From the NCBI GenBank assembly GCA_036170655.1, contig JAVHPP010000064.1, positions 2,112-14,639 of the forward strand: a stretch of DNA of 12,528 nt, in the 5' to 3' direction. Every line of letters starts with the position of its first letter. Position 1 is the first letter of the stretch. A program made the translations under genes and the position numbers. Positions 1 to 8,533 of the stretch are shown in pieces. The DNA is from Candidatus Zixiibacteriota bacterium. GTDB lineage: Bacteria; Zixibacteria; MSB-5A5; WJJR01. The notes beneath the pieces were generated by a model. That model saw nothing but the letters and a program-made list of their open reading frames with translations. It was not told the origin of the DNA and ran no database searches.

Positions 1-12
1 GTGTTCTCGTTT

Positions 13-59
13 CCCAGGGCTTCGCCCTGGGCTGAGATAGAATGCCCCTTTCAGGAGCA
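13..59. repeat. REP-like extragenic palindrome: two GC-rich hairpins with GAA loops on the minus strand
   Basis: Perfect inverted repeat CCCAGGGC-TTC-GCCCTGGG at 13-31. A second hairpin at 43-59 reads TGCTCCT-GAA-AGGGGCA on the minus strand (one G-U pair). No U-tract follows on either strand. Confidence 0.65.
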
Positions 60-90
60 ACGGTACACCGTCAGGGGCAACGGTATACCA
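51..90. repeat. Imperfect 20-bp tandem duplication spanning the methyltransferase stop codon
   Basis: TCAGGAGCAACGGTACACCG (51-70) versus TCAGGGGCAACGGTATACCA (71-90), 17/20 identical. Confidence 0.8.
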
Positions 91-733
91 GCTCATCGCA
101 AGGCCGATCGGCAGGCTGGGCAGCGGTCCGGGCAATAGCTTGGGCAGGAGGCGGGGCAGCAGGCGGGGCGACAGGCGGGGTAGCGGGCAAAATGGCCAGA
201 TTGTAGCGATCGGCGACCAGGAAACACTGAGCACCCGGGTAATGGGCGAAATCGTCCCGTGTCCACAGGCAATGGTGCGTCTCATGCACATTGCCATATT
301 CCGGGCCTTGAGGATTGAAGTAGTTCGGGGTTGTCACGAGTGTCATCCGATTGGCATGTTCCAGGCATTTCTGCAGGAGCAGTTGGCCATCTTCTTTGGG
401 GAAGTGCTCGATCACATCACCCAGGAACACGAGATCATATTGGCCGAGGCGGTCAATTTCCTCCAGCGCGTCGCCAATAATGATGCGGTTATAGATGTGA
501 CGCTGAACGTCGCCGATGTAGTCGGGGAAACACTCGATGCCATCGATCAGAATCTGCCAGTTCTCGGCGGCCAGCCGTTTCGGATCGGCGGCAGCGCCCC
601 AGATATCGAGGTACTCACGGAAAAGGAATCCATACTTGCCGAATCCGGTCCCCACCTCGAGGATCGAGCGCGGCTGCAGTTGCATCACCACATTGATGAC
701 AAACGGGATCAGTTCAGGGCGCGATGACGGCAT
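71..733 (-). CDS. Class I SAM-dependent methyltransferase (220 aa) with a Pro/Ala-rich C-terminal tail
   Basis: Motif I ILEVGTGFGKYG, then IDGIE, IIIGDALE, YDLVFLGDVIEHF and LVTTP. Start moved from 853 to ATG 733 because GGAGGA lies just upstream. Overlaps the upstream gene by 20 bp. Confidence 0.88.
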   Translation of the reverse strand: MPSSRPELIPFVINVVMQLQPRSILEVGTGFGKYGFLFREYLDIWGAAADPKRLAAENWQILIDGIECFPDYIGDVQRHIYNRIIIGDALEEIDRLGQYDLVFLGDVIEHFPKEDGQLLLQKCLEHANRMTLVTTPNYFNPQGPEYGNVHETHHCLWTRDDFAHYPGAQCFLVADRYNLAILPATPPVAPPAAPPPAQAIARTAAQPADRPCDELVYRCP

Positions 734-1403
734 CGGGATGTTCCTCCACGGGTACGGTGTGCGCGCACAGAGACATCTGCTCGCGGCTGTTTGTCTGTTG
801 TATGGGCAGCTTCTTCCCCAGCAGATAGCGTTGCTGATAGAGACAGTGGTCATCGATGATCTCGAATCGTCCTGTCAGCAGCGAGGAATAGTCGTGATTG
901 AAGTTGTGGGGGGCCGGATTCTCGAAGGGGGCGGCCGTGACGATGGCGAGATGGCTGCGACAGATGCGTTGCAACTCCGTGATCAGGCCGCTGATTTCCG
1001 ATGGCAGCACATGCAGGAGAACCTCGGCGACGATAACGAGATCGAAGTCGTCGTCATCGTATGGCACAGACGCGCGGCCGGGCATCGCATAGTGCATGAG
1101 GCGGTATGGATTCGCCGGGCGAATGCGTGCGGCTTCAGCCCGTGCCACCTCGATCTGTGACCGTGCGCGATCGTACCCGTGCACCTCCGGGATATCCACC
1201 CACAGGGGGAACAGCTTGCCGGTACCGCAGCCGAAATCGAGCAAACGTTGCGGCCGGAACTGCTTCACCAAATGCGAGAAGAACTCAGATTGCGCCTGCT
1301 GGTAGCGACTGTATCGGGGCGATTCTGTGTACTCCCGATAGACCGGTCCGCCATGATCTTCCCAGTAACGGTCGGGATCGTATGGGGTGGACTCTGATGG
1401 CAT
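714..1403 (-). CDS. Class I SAM-dependent methyltransferase (229 aa)
   Basis: Motif I LLDFGCGTGK, VHGYD, and FDLVIVAEVLLHV. Shine-Dalgarno (SD) AGGAG about 5 nt upstream of the ATG. Confidence 0.9.
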   Translation of the reverse strand: MPSESTPYDPDRYWEDHGGPVYREYTESPRYSRYQQAQSEFFSHLVKQFRPQRLLDFGCGTGKLFPLWVDIPEVHGYDRARSQIEVARAEAARIRPANPYRLMHYAMPGRASVPYDDDDFDLVIVAEVLLHVLPSEISGLITELQRICRSHLAIVTAAPFENPAPHNFNHDYSSLLTGRFEIIDDHCLYQQRYLLGKKLPIQQTNSREQMSLCAHTVPVEEHPDAVIAP

Positions 1404-1438
1404 GGGTTCTCCTGAATAGAAGATGGGAGGGGCCTGCC

Positions 1439-4306
1439 TTACTTGGGCATCTCCGGGGGCGCGCTCTCTGTGCCCAGAGCGGTGACTGCCGCCTCATCCG
1501 GTTGCAACTGAGACTTGTCCATCCGTGTCAGCAGGAATGACCGGATGTTCCGCACCCTCTCCCAAGCAGGCCGGTACTGGGGATCGGCCTGGAGGGCGCG
1601 TTCATAACCGAGCAGCGCCGCCGCGATGGCACCGCGATTCAAGTAGCAATCTCCCAGCCGGGTGAGCGTGTCGGGCCGGTTCGGCTGGTGTTCGATGACC
1701 TTCTCGTACTCGTCGATTGCGCGGACATAATCATGGCGCCCGTAATGGAGATCGCCCAAGAATCCGGCCGATTCGACATCGTCGGGATCCATCGCCGCAT
1801 GGCTTTCCAAGGCGAAGATCGCGTCCTCTGTTTTCCCCATGCTGGCAAGGGCCACACCCAGGTTACGGTAGGCATGCTTTTCGGCATGGCCGGTATCGAT
1901 GATCTGACGATAGATCGCTGCGGCAGACGGGAAATCACCCGTGTGGAATCTGCAGTTCCCTAAATTGTTGAGGAGGTCCAGATCCCCGGAGTTGTTGGCC
2001 CGGCATTGTTCGTAGAGGTCTCCCGCCTCGATGTAGCGGCCCGTTTCGTAGAGGGCGTCAGCGCGCAGGCGCAGGACATCGTACTTGAACGAGGCCGGAT
2101 CGCTGATTTCGTCGAGACGCCGGATCGCATCCTGATAGCGGCGCTGGCAATAGTCGCGGCGCGCCAGACGGAGGAGGAGACGGGGATCACTGGGTGCGAG
2201 CGTCAGCCCTTCCTCCAGGGTCTCTCCGACTCCCGCGCCATCCGGCAGCTCATCCAGCAGGTCGGCCTTGGCGATGCGGGCATCGGTGTTGGCCGGGTGA
2301 AGATCGAGTTCCCGGCTGAACTCCTGCAGCGCGTGCTCCTTCTGTCCCCAAGTCAGATATGCGGCACCGAGACGGTAGTGAACGTCAAGGTAGTCGTCAC
2401 GCTCGGCAATGCAGCGTTCATACCACTGGGCAGCTTCGTGCAAATTATTCTGCATTTCGGCCACCAGACCCAGCCCGTAGAGAGCATTGTGTCGGCTGCG
2501 CAAATGCAGGAGGATGACGTGATCGACCTCGGCATGTTCATTGTACGCCTTCTGGCAATCGAGGTATTCAAGGTAGTATTTTCTTGCCAGGTCGGGCCGT
2601 CCGTCCATCGAATGAATGTGCCCCAGACTGAGGATCGCGTCGAGGTACCCCGGCTTATGGGCCAGCGCCCGGTGGGCGCAAGCGTCCGCTTGGGGATAGT
2701 CTCCCTTGTTGAAGTAAGCCGTCACGAGCTGATGCAACGCCATCAGATGGACGTGGCGCTCGTTGGGATTGTCCACGTCACTGAGATCGACCGCGCGTCC
2801 GGCATGGAAGATCACCTGGTCGATCACGGCCGGATCGAGCGCTTCCTCGCTGCCGCGCAAGAGCTGCGCCAGATTGAAATGGGCAAATCCGTTGTCGGGA
2901 TTCTCGCGCAACTGCTGCTCGAGCAGCGCCTTCGTGCGCGCCACTTTTCGGGCCATAAGTTCCGGGGCGAGGCCGTAACCATAGTGATTGATTCGCACCG
3001 GAACGCGCAGCACGCCTTCTTCCGAGGGAAACCGCAACTGGTTGTGGACGATGCCCTCGTAGTAGGCGCCCAAGTCGCGGCGAAACATGCGAATGGACGG
3101 CAGAAACGATGTATACATCCGCTTCTGTGCGGAATAGTTGTAAACAGAAACAGAAAGCGCGCGAAATGTGGTTTCCGCAATCGTGTGTTTGATGAGGGGA
3201 ATGTCGGCCGCTTCGATCTGTTCATCGGCGTCGAGGATCAGAATCCAGTCGCCATCGGCGTATCCCATAGAGATGTTGCGTGCCTTGGAGAAGTTGCCCT
3301 CCCAGGCATGATGGTGCACGACCGCGCCGAACGACTGGGCGATTTCAACCGTGCGATCGGTCGAGCCAGTGTCGACGACGATCATCTGATCCACGAGCGC
3401 CTTGATGCTGGCCAGGCAGCGAGGAAGGTACTCCTGCTCGTTCTTGACGATCATGCAGAGCGTGATCGTCGGCGCGGCGGGGTCACGACCGGTCTGACGG
3501 CTTCGGCGGCTGGCCTTACCCCCCGGTGGCTTGGTCAACCGGGTCAGCAAGCGCGAACGCGGGCAAGCCTGCCGTGCCTTTGCCAGGACAGCATTCGCGT
3601 CGGCCTGACGTCCCACCTGCTGCAGCACACGGATAAAGTTGATCCATGCCAAATCAAATGACGGACGGGCTTGGATGGCGTCTTCATAAGCGGCCATCGC
3701 TTCATCCAGATCCCCCTGCTTTTCGAGGGCCGCTCCCAGATAGTTGAAGACTTCGTGCGACTGTGAAACCGTGCCGCAGAACTCGCGGGGCCTCTCCCCC
3801 GGTTCGATTCGGTCCCGCGCCGCCAGGAGAGCACGCGCATGCGCCAAAGACAGAGCGGCATCCCCCGTTCTGTGCCCGACGAACGCCAGGAGATAATGAA
3901 AGTCGAGCGCGTCCGGAAAGACGGCGTCGGCGTCGGATGCAAGACGTTGCGCGTCGGCATAACGTCCCAAATAGGCGCAGGCAAAGGCATAGGTCCGCAG
4001 GGCGTTCCAATACGACCGATCGCGTTGCGTGCTCTGCAACGGGGACTCTGGCGCGTCAAGTAGAGCGATCGCCTCTGAATACTTGCCACGAGCGAGCAGC
4101 AATTCAGCCAACTCCAGCCGGGTGTCCTGATCAGCAGGATTCCGGTCGAGACAGGCCCGAAGCGATCTCAGCGAGCGCGCCGGACCGGCCTCCGGCTCCT
4201 GAAGGGCCGTCCGTCCCGAAAACGGGATCGGCGGTGTGCCGTCCCATTTCTTCACGAGGCGCGAGTGCGCGGGCTGTGTCTTGCGTTTGGTCGCGTTGTG
4301 TTTCAT
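1439..4306 (-). CDS. TPR-GT2-TPR glycosyltransferase, probable protein (flagellin) glycosyltransferase (955 aa)
   Basis: GT2 signatures ITLCMIVKNEQEYLPRCL, IVVDTGSTDRT, WEGNFSKARN, WILILDADE (DxD intact) and INHYGY at about 2970-3470. Many TPR helices on both sides (FNYLGAALEKQGDLDEAMAAYEDAI, LNNLGNCRFHTGDF, YRNLGVALASMGK). Substrate inferred from context. Confidence 0.9.
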   Translation of the reverse strand: MKHNATKRKTQPAHSRLVKKWDGTPPIPFSGRTALQEPEAGPARSLRSLRACLDRNPADQDTRLELAELLLARGKYSEAIALLDAPESPLQSTQRDRSYWNALRTYAFACAYLGRYADAQRLASDADAVFPDALDFHYLLAFVGHRTGDAALSLAHARALLAARDRIEPGERPREFCGTVSQSHEVFNYLGAALEKQGDLDEAMAAYEDAIQARPSFDLAWINFIRVLQQVGRQADANAVLAKARQACPRSRLLTRLTKPPGGKASRRSRQTGRDPAAPTITLCMIVKNEQEYLPRCLASIKALVDQMIVVDTGSTDRTVEIAQSFGAVVHHHAWEGNFSKARNISMGYADGDWILILDADEQIEAADIPLIKHTIAETTFRALSVSVYNYSAQKRMYTSFLPSIRMFRRDLGAYYEGIVHNQLRFPSEEGVLRVPVRINHYGYGLAPELMARKVARTKALLEQQLRENPDNGFAHFNLAQLLRGSEEALDPAVIDQVIFHAGRAVDLSDVDNPNERHVHLMALHQLVTAYFNKGDYPQADACAHRALAHKPGYLDAILSLGHIHSMDGRPDLARKYYLEYLDCQKAYNEHAEVDHVILLHLRSRHNALYGLGLVAEMQNNLHEAAQWYERCIAERDDYLDVHYRLGAAYLTWGQKEHALQEFSRELDLHPANTDARIAKADLLDELPDGAGVGETLEEGLTLAPSDPRLLLRLARRDYCQRRYQDAIRRLDEISDPASFKYDVLRLRADALYETGRYIEAGDLYEQCRANNSGDLDLLNNLGNCRFHTGDFPSAAAIYRQIIDTGHAEKHAYRNLGVALASMGKTEDAIFALESHAAMDPDDVESAGFLGDLHYGRHDYVRAIDEYEKVIEHQPNRPDTLTRLGDCYLNRGAIAAALLGYERALQADPQYRPAWERVRNIRSFLLTRMDKSQLQPDEAAVTALGTESAPPEMPK

Positions 4307-4338
4307 TCAGATTTCCTGTTCCTGTCCGGTCGTCCGGA

Positions 4339-7300
4339 TTACGAGAGCATGTTGAGTATGCTGTCCCAGCGCTGGATGACCACCTTCTCATCCCAGCAGG
4401 TCTCAAACCAAGTCCGGGTCTTCTCCATGGCCTCCGAAAGCGCTGCGGGTTCTGCCACGTAGCGGTCGATCGTGGCGACCAGTTCGGCGAGAGTGGCTGG
4501 TGATTCCCATGGGAGTTCGGACGTGCCGATGGTCTGGGCGATCAGTGCCCGGGTGTATGTATTGCAATAGACAACATTCACGAGACCGAGGGCGGAGTTC
4601 TCCAAGCTGTCAAGCCCGAAGCGCCCGGTCCCAACGGAGATGCAGTCGATGCCGATGTGCGCGCGTTTCTTCATTGCGAGCACTTCGGTCCAAGGCATGT
4701 CGTGGTAACTGCCAAATGCCACATGGGAATTGTGCTTCTTGATGGCGGCGGCGGCCTCACGCACGATCATGCGGCCTTCATGGGACTGGTCCCCGCCCCG
4801 ATGGACTATGGCGATGACTGTCCGATCGCGCGGATCCGGCTGATACGTTTCGCCGGAGCGCGACAGCAATCGCGGGACAAAATGCGCTTCGGTTAACCAC
4901 CGGTGGATGTCCGGCTCACAGGTCAGAATCGGCCATCCCTTCGCGGCGAAATGATCCCGATACCATGGCAAGTTCGCGCACACCGAGGGGGTGCCAAACA
5001 AGATCGCAGCACGTCGCTTCTTTCCAAGAATATCCGGCCAGTGGATCGTGCCGAACGGCTGTTCATCCGTATCGGTCAACTGAACATCGGCGCGCGCGGC
5101 TCCGGGCGCGAGACCGGCCGCAAAGATCACCAGATCGGCCTGCCGCACCGCTTCAGCCGCTTCTTCGAGAACAGCGAAGACCGGCTTGCAACCCGTGGCC
5201 GACCCTGCCGCGTAGCCGCCGCGCTTGATGACGAGATCGGACGGGAAGCCCATGGTTTCCGTATGCGTCAAGAGTCTGGCTTGATGGCGCGTGTGGCGGT
5301 TGATTGCGTGGACCCACATCGCCATCTGTCCGCCGGGATCGACAGCGCCGACAAAGACGATTTTGGCGCCGGTCTTCGGTGCCGGATCGGCGACAGATTG
5401 AGAGGGTGCGGGATATGATCTTTCCCGCAGTGACCGGTATTGTACAGACCACCGATCCAGACCCGGCTGGCCGGGACTGGCAAACGTCCCGGAAGAAGCT
5501 GCCATCCGGGATTCGGGACGCACGTAAACGAGTATGTCCTTGAGAATCTCGGCGCGCGACACTTCGGCGAGGTGCCGCCACATCGATTGGATGGCTTCCT
5601 GGCCTATTTCGGGATCGGGACTGGTTTCCTCGAACCATCCCGCCTGATCGAGCAGACGACGCCGGAACATCACCGCGGACAATGGCAGATTGGCGATCTG
5701 TTCTGCCACCTCGCCGCCCGCCCAGGATGCGACAACCTCGGAAAACTCGGGCTCTTTCATGCCCAGATCGTCATCGACAAGGTCACAGGCGCAGCCGATC
5801 ATGCCGAGTTCAGGAGCAGCGGCGAGCCGCTCCACTTGCTTCTCGATCTTGTCAGGGGCAAAGGCCTCACTCGCCCTGAGTGGCGCGATGAACTGCCCCC
5901 GGCTCTGCTGGATCGCGGCGTTTAGCGCCGATGCTGGGCCACGGTGGAGCTGGCGGATCAGGATGATCTTGTCCGCGAATGGTTTCAGTTGTTCTTCGGT
6001 GACATCGGTGGAGCCATCATCACAAACGATGATCTCGGTGTGACGGTAGGTCTGACCGAGAGCGGTGGTGACGGCGTCTTTGATATCTTTGGCATCGTTG
6101 GACGCAAGGATGATGATCGACACGAGACCGTAGTCGATGTCCGTCCTGGCAACATTACCTGCGGCCGCCACCAGGTTTGCCCGCCGACGTGAACGGTGAT
6201 TTTCGCCGGTCATGATATCGTGCAAGAGCAGGTCGATTTCATTCAGCCGGTCCGTCCAGTTATAGCGGCTGACGATGAGATCGCGGTACGCATGGGCCAT
6301 TTGTTCGTGATCGCTGGCGGCATATTTCTTGAGCAGATCGATCGCCTGGTGCGGGGTGTCGAAGATCGCCTCGGGTGGATACAGTTGGTCGGCTCCCATC
6401 CATGAATGGATCAGCGGCAGACAACCAGACAGCATTCCTTCGGCAATGGAATAGTGAAACGACTCAAAAAGCGACGTGGAAATGACGTAGTCCATGCCGG
6501 CATAGAAACCCGGCATGTCGCCGACCCACCCGTGAAAGGTGATGGGCAGATTCAAACGCGGAAGCAAGTGATCAAAGTACAATTTGATGCGCGGGTCCTG
6601 ATGCTCTCCGGCGATATGAAACTCGAATTCGGGATCCCAGTCATGGATGGCTTTGAACGTCTGGAGGAGCAGCGACGGATTCTTCTTGTAGTTGATGTAT
6701 CCGACATACGCGATCTTCTTCCCGCGCGGTTGACGCCTGTTGAATGGGAACCGTACTGGATCGACACCGTTGTGGATGATGGCACGACGGACCGGCGGTT
6801 TTGCGTGCTGGTCGAGGATTTCTTCCACCGACCGGTTGACCGTGATGAGGCCGTCGATATTACGCCAATTCATCTGCGCGGGCGCGTCGGTGAAAACTTC
6901 ATACGAGTGGAGGCGGCAAACAGTCTTGCCACTCTTGGGCAGTCGTGAGGCCTCGACCGCCAGGCCGTCACACCATTCGAGCCAGGTCAAGTCGGCCCAG
7001 CGCAGCAGTTCGGCCAGGTCGTCGCGGGAATTGCCGCTGAAGACGCGGACTTCATTATCACGGGCGAAATGCGCCATAATCGGCTTTAGGAACGCATCGG
7101 ACGAGGCGACAAAGGCAAGCTTCTTGTTCAGCACACGCGTCTGCAGACCCTTGAGATGATGAGAGACTGATCCGGTCATTGGAATTGTATCCGGAGTACC
7201 CGGCGGCTGGGAAAAACGGTTCTGCCAATCGGACAAGTCTGGATCAGGACCGACCTTTTCGAGAAGACTTTCGACAAGGTTCAGTCCATCGGAAAACTGG

Positions 7301-7848
7301 CCGCGATCCCAGAAGTATTGCAATGCGTTGTCCCGTCCCTTCTCATACCGGGGATTGATTTCCAGACAGCGCATGTAGGCGCGTGCGGCCTCGTCGGGGT
7401 GGTCTGTCAGCGTGTGGATAACGGCCAGATCGTTGCAGGTTTCGTAGCTTTGCGGATCGAGCGAGAGCTTGCGTTCAAAGGCAGTGCGAGCCGCGTCATA
7501 ATCGCCGGTGCGGCATGCCGCCACGCCGAGATTGTGCTGAAGATCGATGCGGTCGGGAGCGAGCGCGGCCACCCTCCGTGCCTGTTCGAGCGCACCGGCA
7601 TCGTCGCCGTGCCGACCCAGTATCGCAGACAGTTGCATCCCTGCTTCGATGTCATCGGGACAGAGAATTGCGAGACGACGCAGGAAAGGGAGCGCTTCGC
7701 CGGTCAGACCGGCGGCGAGGAAGGCGTTGACCGCCTCCTGATGGGCCGGGATTGAATCCGGAGTCAGTTGGCATGCCATGCGCAGTTCGGCGATGCGTTG
7801 GCGGGTCAGGGTTACGTTCTGTGTTTGGGTCGCGCTGGCTGTCGTCAT
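4339..7848 (-). CDS. Multidomain glycosyltransferase: TPR + GT4 (GT-B) + degenerate GT2 + C-terminal GT-B-like domain (1169 aa)
   Basis: TPRs (HNLGVAACRTGDYDAA, CNDLAVIH). GT4 motifs IIHNGVD, IAYVGYINYKKN and SLFESFHYSIAEGMLSG (EX7E). GT2-like VSIII...IIVCDDGSTD. C-terminal GRFGLDSLENSALG. SD AAGGTGA upstream. Confidence 0.9.
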   Translation of the reverse strand: MTTASATQTQNVTLTRQRIAELRMACQLTPDSIPAHQEAVNAFLAAGLTGEALPFLRRLAILCPDDIEAGMQLSAILGRHGDDAGALEQARRVAALAPDRIDLQHNLGVAACRTGDYDAARTAFERKLSLDPQSYETCNDLAVIHTLTDHPDEAARAYMRCLEINPRYEKGRDNALQYFWDRGQFSDGLNLVESLLEKVGPDPDLSDWQNRFSQPPGTPDTIPMTGSVSHHLKGLQTRVLNKKLAFVASSDAFLKPIMAHFARDNEVRVFSGNSRDDLAELLRWADLTWLEWCDGLAVEASRLPKSGKTVCRLHSYEVFTDAPAQMNWRNIDGLITVNRSVEEILDQHAKPPVRRAIIHNGVDPVRFPFNRRQPRGKKIAYVGYINYKKNPSLLLQTFKAIHDWDPEFEFHIAGEHQDPRIKLYFDHLLPRLNLPITFHGWVGDMPGFYAGMDYVISTSLFESFHYSIAEGMLSGCLPLIHSWMGADQLYPPEAIFDTPHQAIDLLKKYAASDHEQMAHAYRDLIVSRYNWTDRLNEIDLLLHDIMTGENHRSRRRANLVAAAGNVARTDIDYGLVSIIILASNDAKDIKDAVTTALGQTYRHTEIIVCDDGSTDVTEEQLKPFADKIILIRQLHRGPASALNAAIQQSRGQFIAPLRASEAFAPDKIEKQVERLAAAPELGMIGCACDLVDDDLGMKEPEFSEVVASWAGGEVAEQIANLPLSAVMFRRRLLDQAGWFEETSPDPEIGQEAIQSMWRHLAEVSRAEILKDILVYVRPESRMAASSGTFASPGQPGLDRWSVQYRSLRERSYPAPSQSVADPAPKTGAKIVFVGAVDPGGQMAMWVHAINRHTRHQARLLTHTETMGFPSDLVIKRGGYAAGSATGCKPVFAVLEEAAEAVRQADLVIFAAGLAPGAARADVQLTDTDEQPFGTIHWPDILGKKRRAAILFGTPSVCANLPWYRDHFAAKGWPILTCEPDIHRWLTEAHFVPRLLSRSGETYQPDPRDRTVIAIVHRGGDQSHEGRMIVREAAAAIKKHNSHVAFGSYHDMPWTEVLAMKKRAHIGIDCISVGTGRFGLDSLENSALGLVNVVYCNTYTRALIAQTIGTSELPWESPATLAELVATIDRYVAEPAALSEAMEKTRTWFETCWDEKVVIQRWDSILNMLS

Positions 7849-8019
7849 GGGATCTCACCTTTCAATGGGCTACGCCTCCGCCCACAGGATCATAACGAAC
7901 TGGCCCCAACCGGAGGAACTGGCCGGCATGCTGATGTACCGGAATGCGTAATGGGAAATGTGTTCACGCTGACTGGTCCCGTTCCATGGGAGGCACGATG
8001 CCGTGCCCGGTCACATCTG

Positions 8020-8511
8020 CTACACCGCTGCGGCCTCTTGGACGCGCTTCGCCCGCGATGCACACTTGTCCAATCCCTCGAGAAGATAATGCCGCGTTGT
8101 ATAGGGGCCGTGCACGAGCACGACCTGTTTCCCGAGGCCGTTTTGCGGATTGATCAACAGCGGTCCTTGGAGATTGGCCGACATCTCCGACCAGTCCTCG
8201 GGGACGGTGACAATGGCCCACGTCGTGAGCCGGCTGATATCCGGCGCATCGAGTTCAGCAATTTCGCGCCGGTCGACCTCGACCTTGTAATGGGGAAAGA
8301 ACTGGCGCGGATTGACAAGGATGAACTCCAGGCTGGGTTCGTCCAGCGACCGCAGATGAACAAAGGGGTCCTGGCCGGACTCGGCGATCAAAGCATATTT
8401 CCGGTAGCCCTCAAAGCCGAGGAGTCCCCTTGGGAATTCAATTGTGGTCTCTCTGCTGGCCGAGACTTCACCGAGACATGTGGTGTGCTCTGCGATGGTT
8501 GCTGACAACAT
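8020..8511 (-). CDS. fliW: Flagellar assembly factor FliW, CsrA antagonist (163 aa)
   Basis: Family motifs IEFPRGLLGFE, PFVHLRSLDEPSLEFILVNP, IVTVP and SANLQGPLLIN..GLGKQVVL. ATG 8511 chosen, 22 nt after the flgL stop and with purine-rich GAGGAAG upstream. Confidence 0.95.
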   Translation of the reverse strand: MLSATIAEHTTCLGEVSASRETTIEFPRGLLGFEGYRKYALIAESGQDPFVHLRSLDEPSLEFILVNPRQFFPHYKVEVDRREIAELDAPDISRLTTWAIVTVPEDWSEMSANLQGPLLINPQNGLGKQVVLVHGPYTTRHYLLEGLDKCASRAKRVQEAAAV

Positions 8512-8533
8512 GGCCGTCTCTTCTTCCTCTCTA

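Noticed and set aside
13..90. CRISPR array or intrinsic terminator
   Set aside because: Only two adjacent units with no spacer and no cas genes, and the hairpins lack a U-tract.
734..853. Longer N-terminus for the terminal methyltransferase as given in the ORF track
   Set aside because: It would overlap the upstream gene by 140 bp, while ATG 733 has a clear GGAGGA SD.
2006..3661. 551-aa plus-strand ORF and the many shorter overlapping ORFs
   Set aside because: Antisense or alternate-frame shadows of well-supported genes, expected in GC-rich DNA, with no recognisable motifs.
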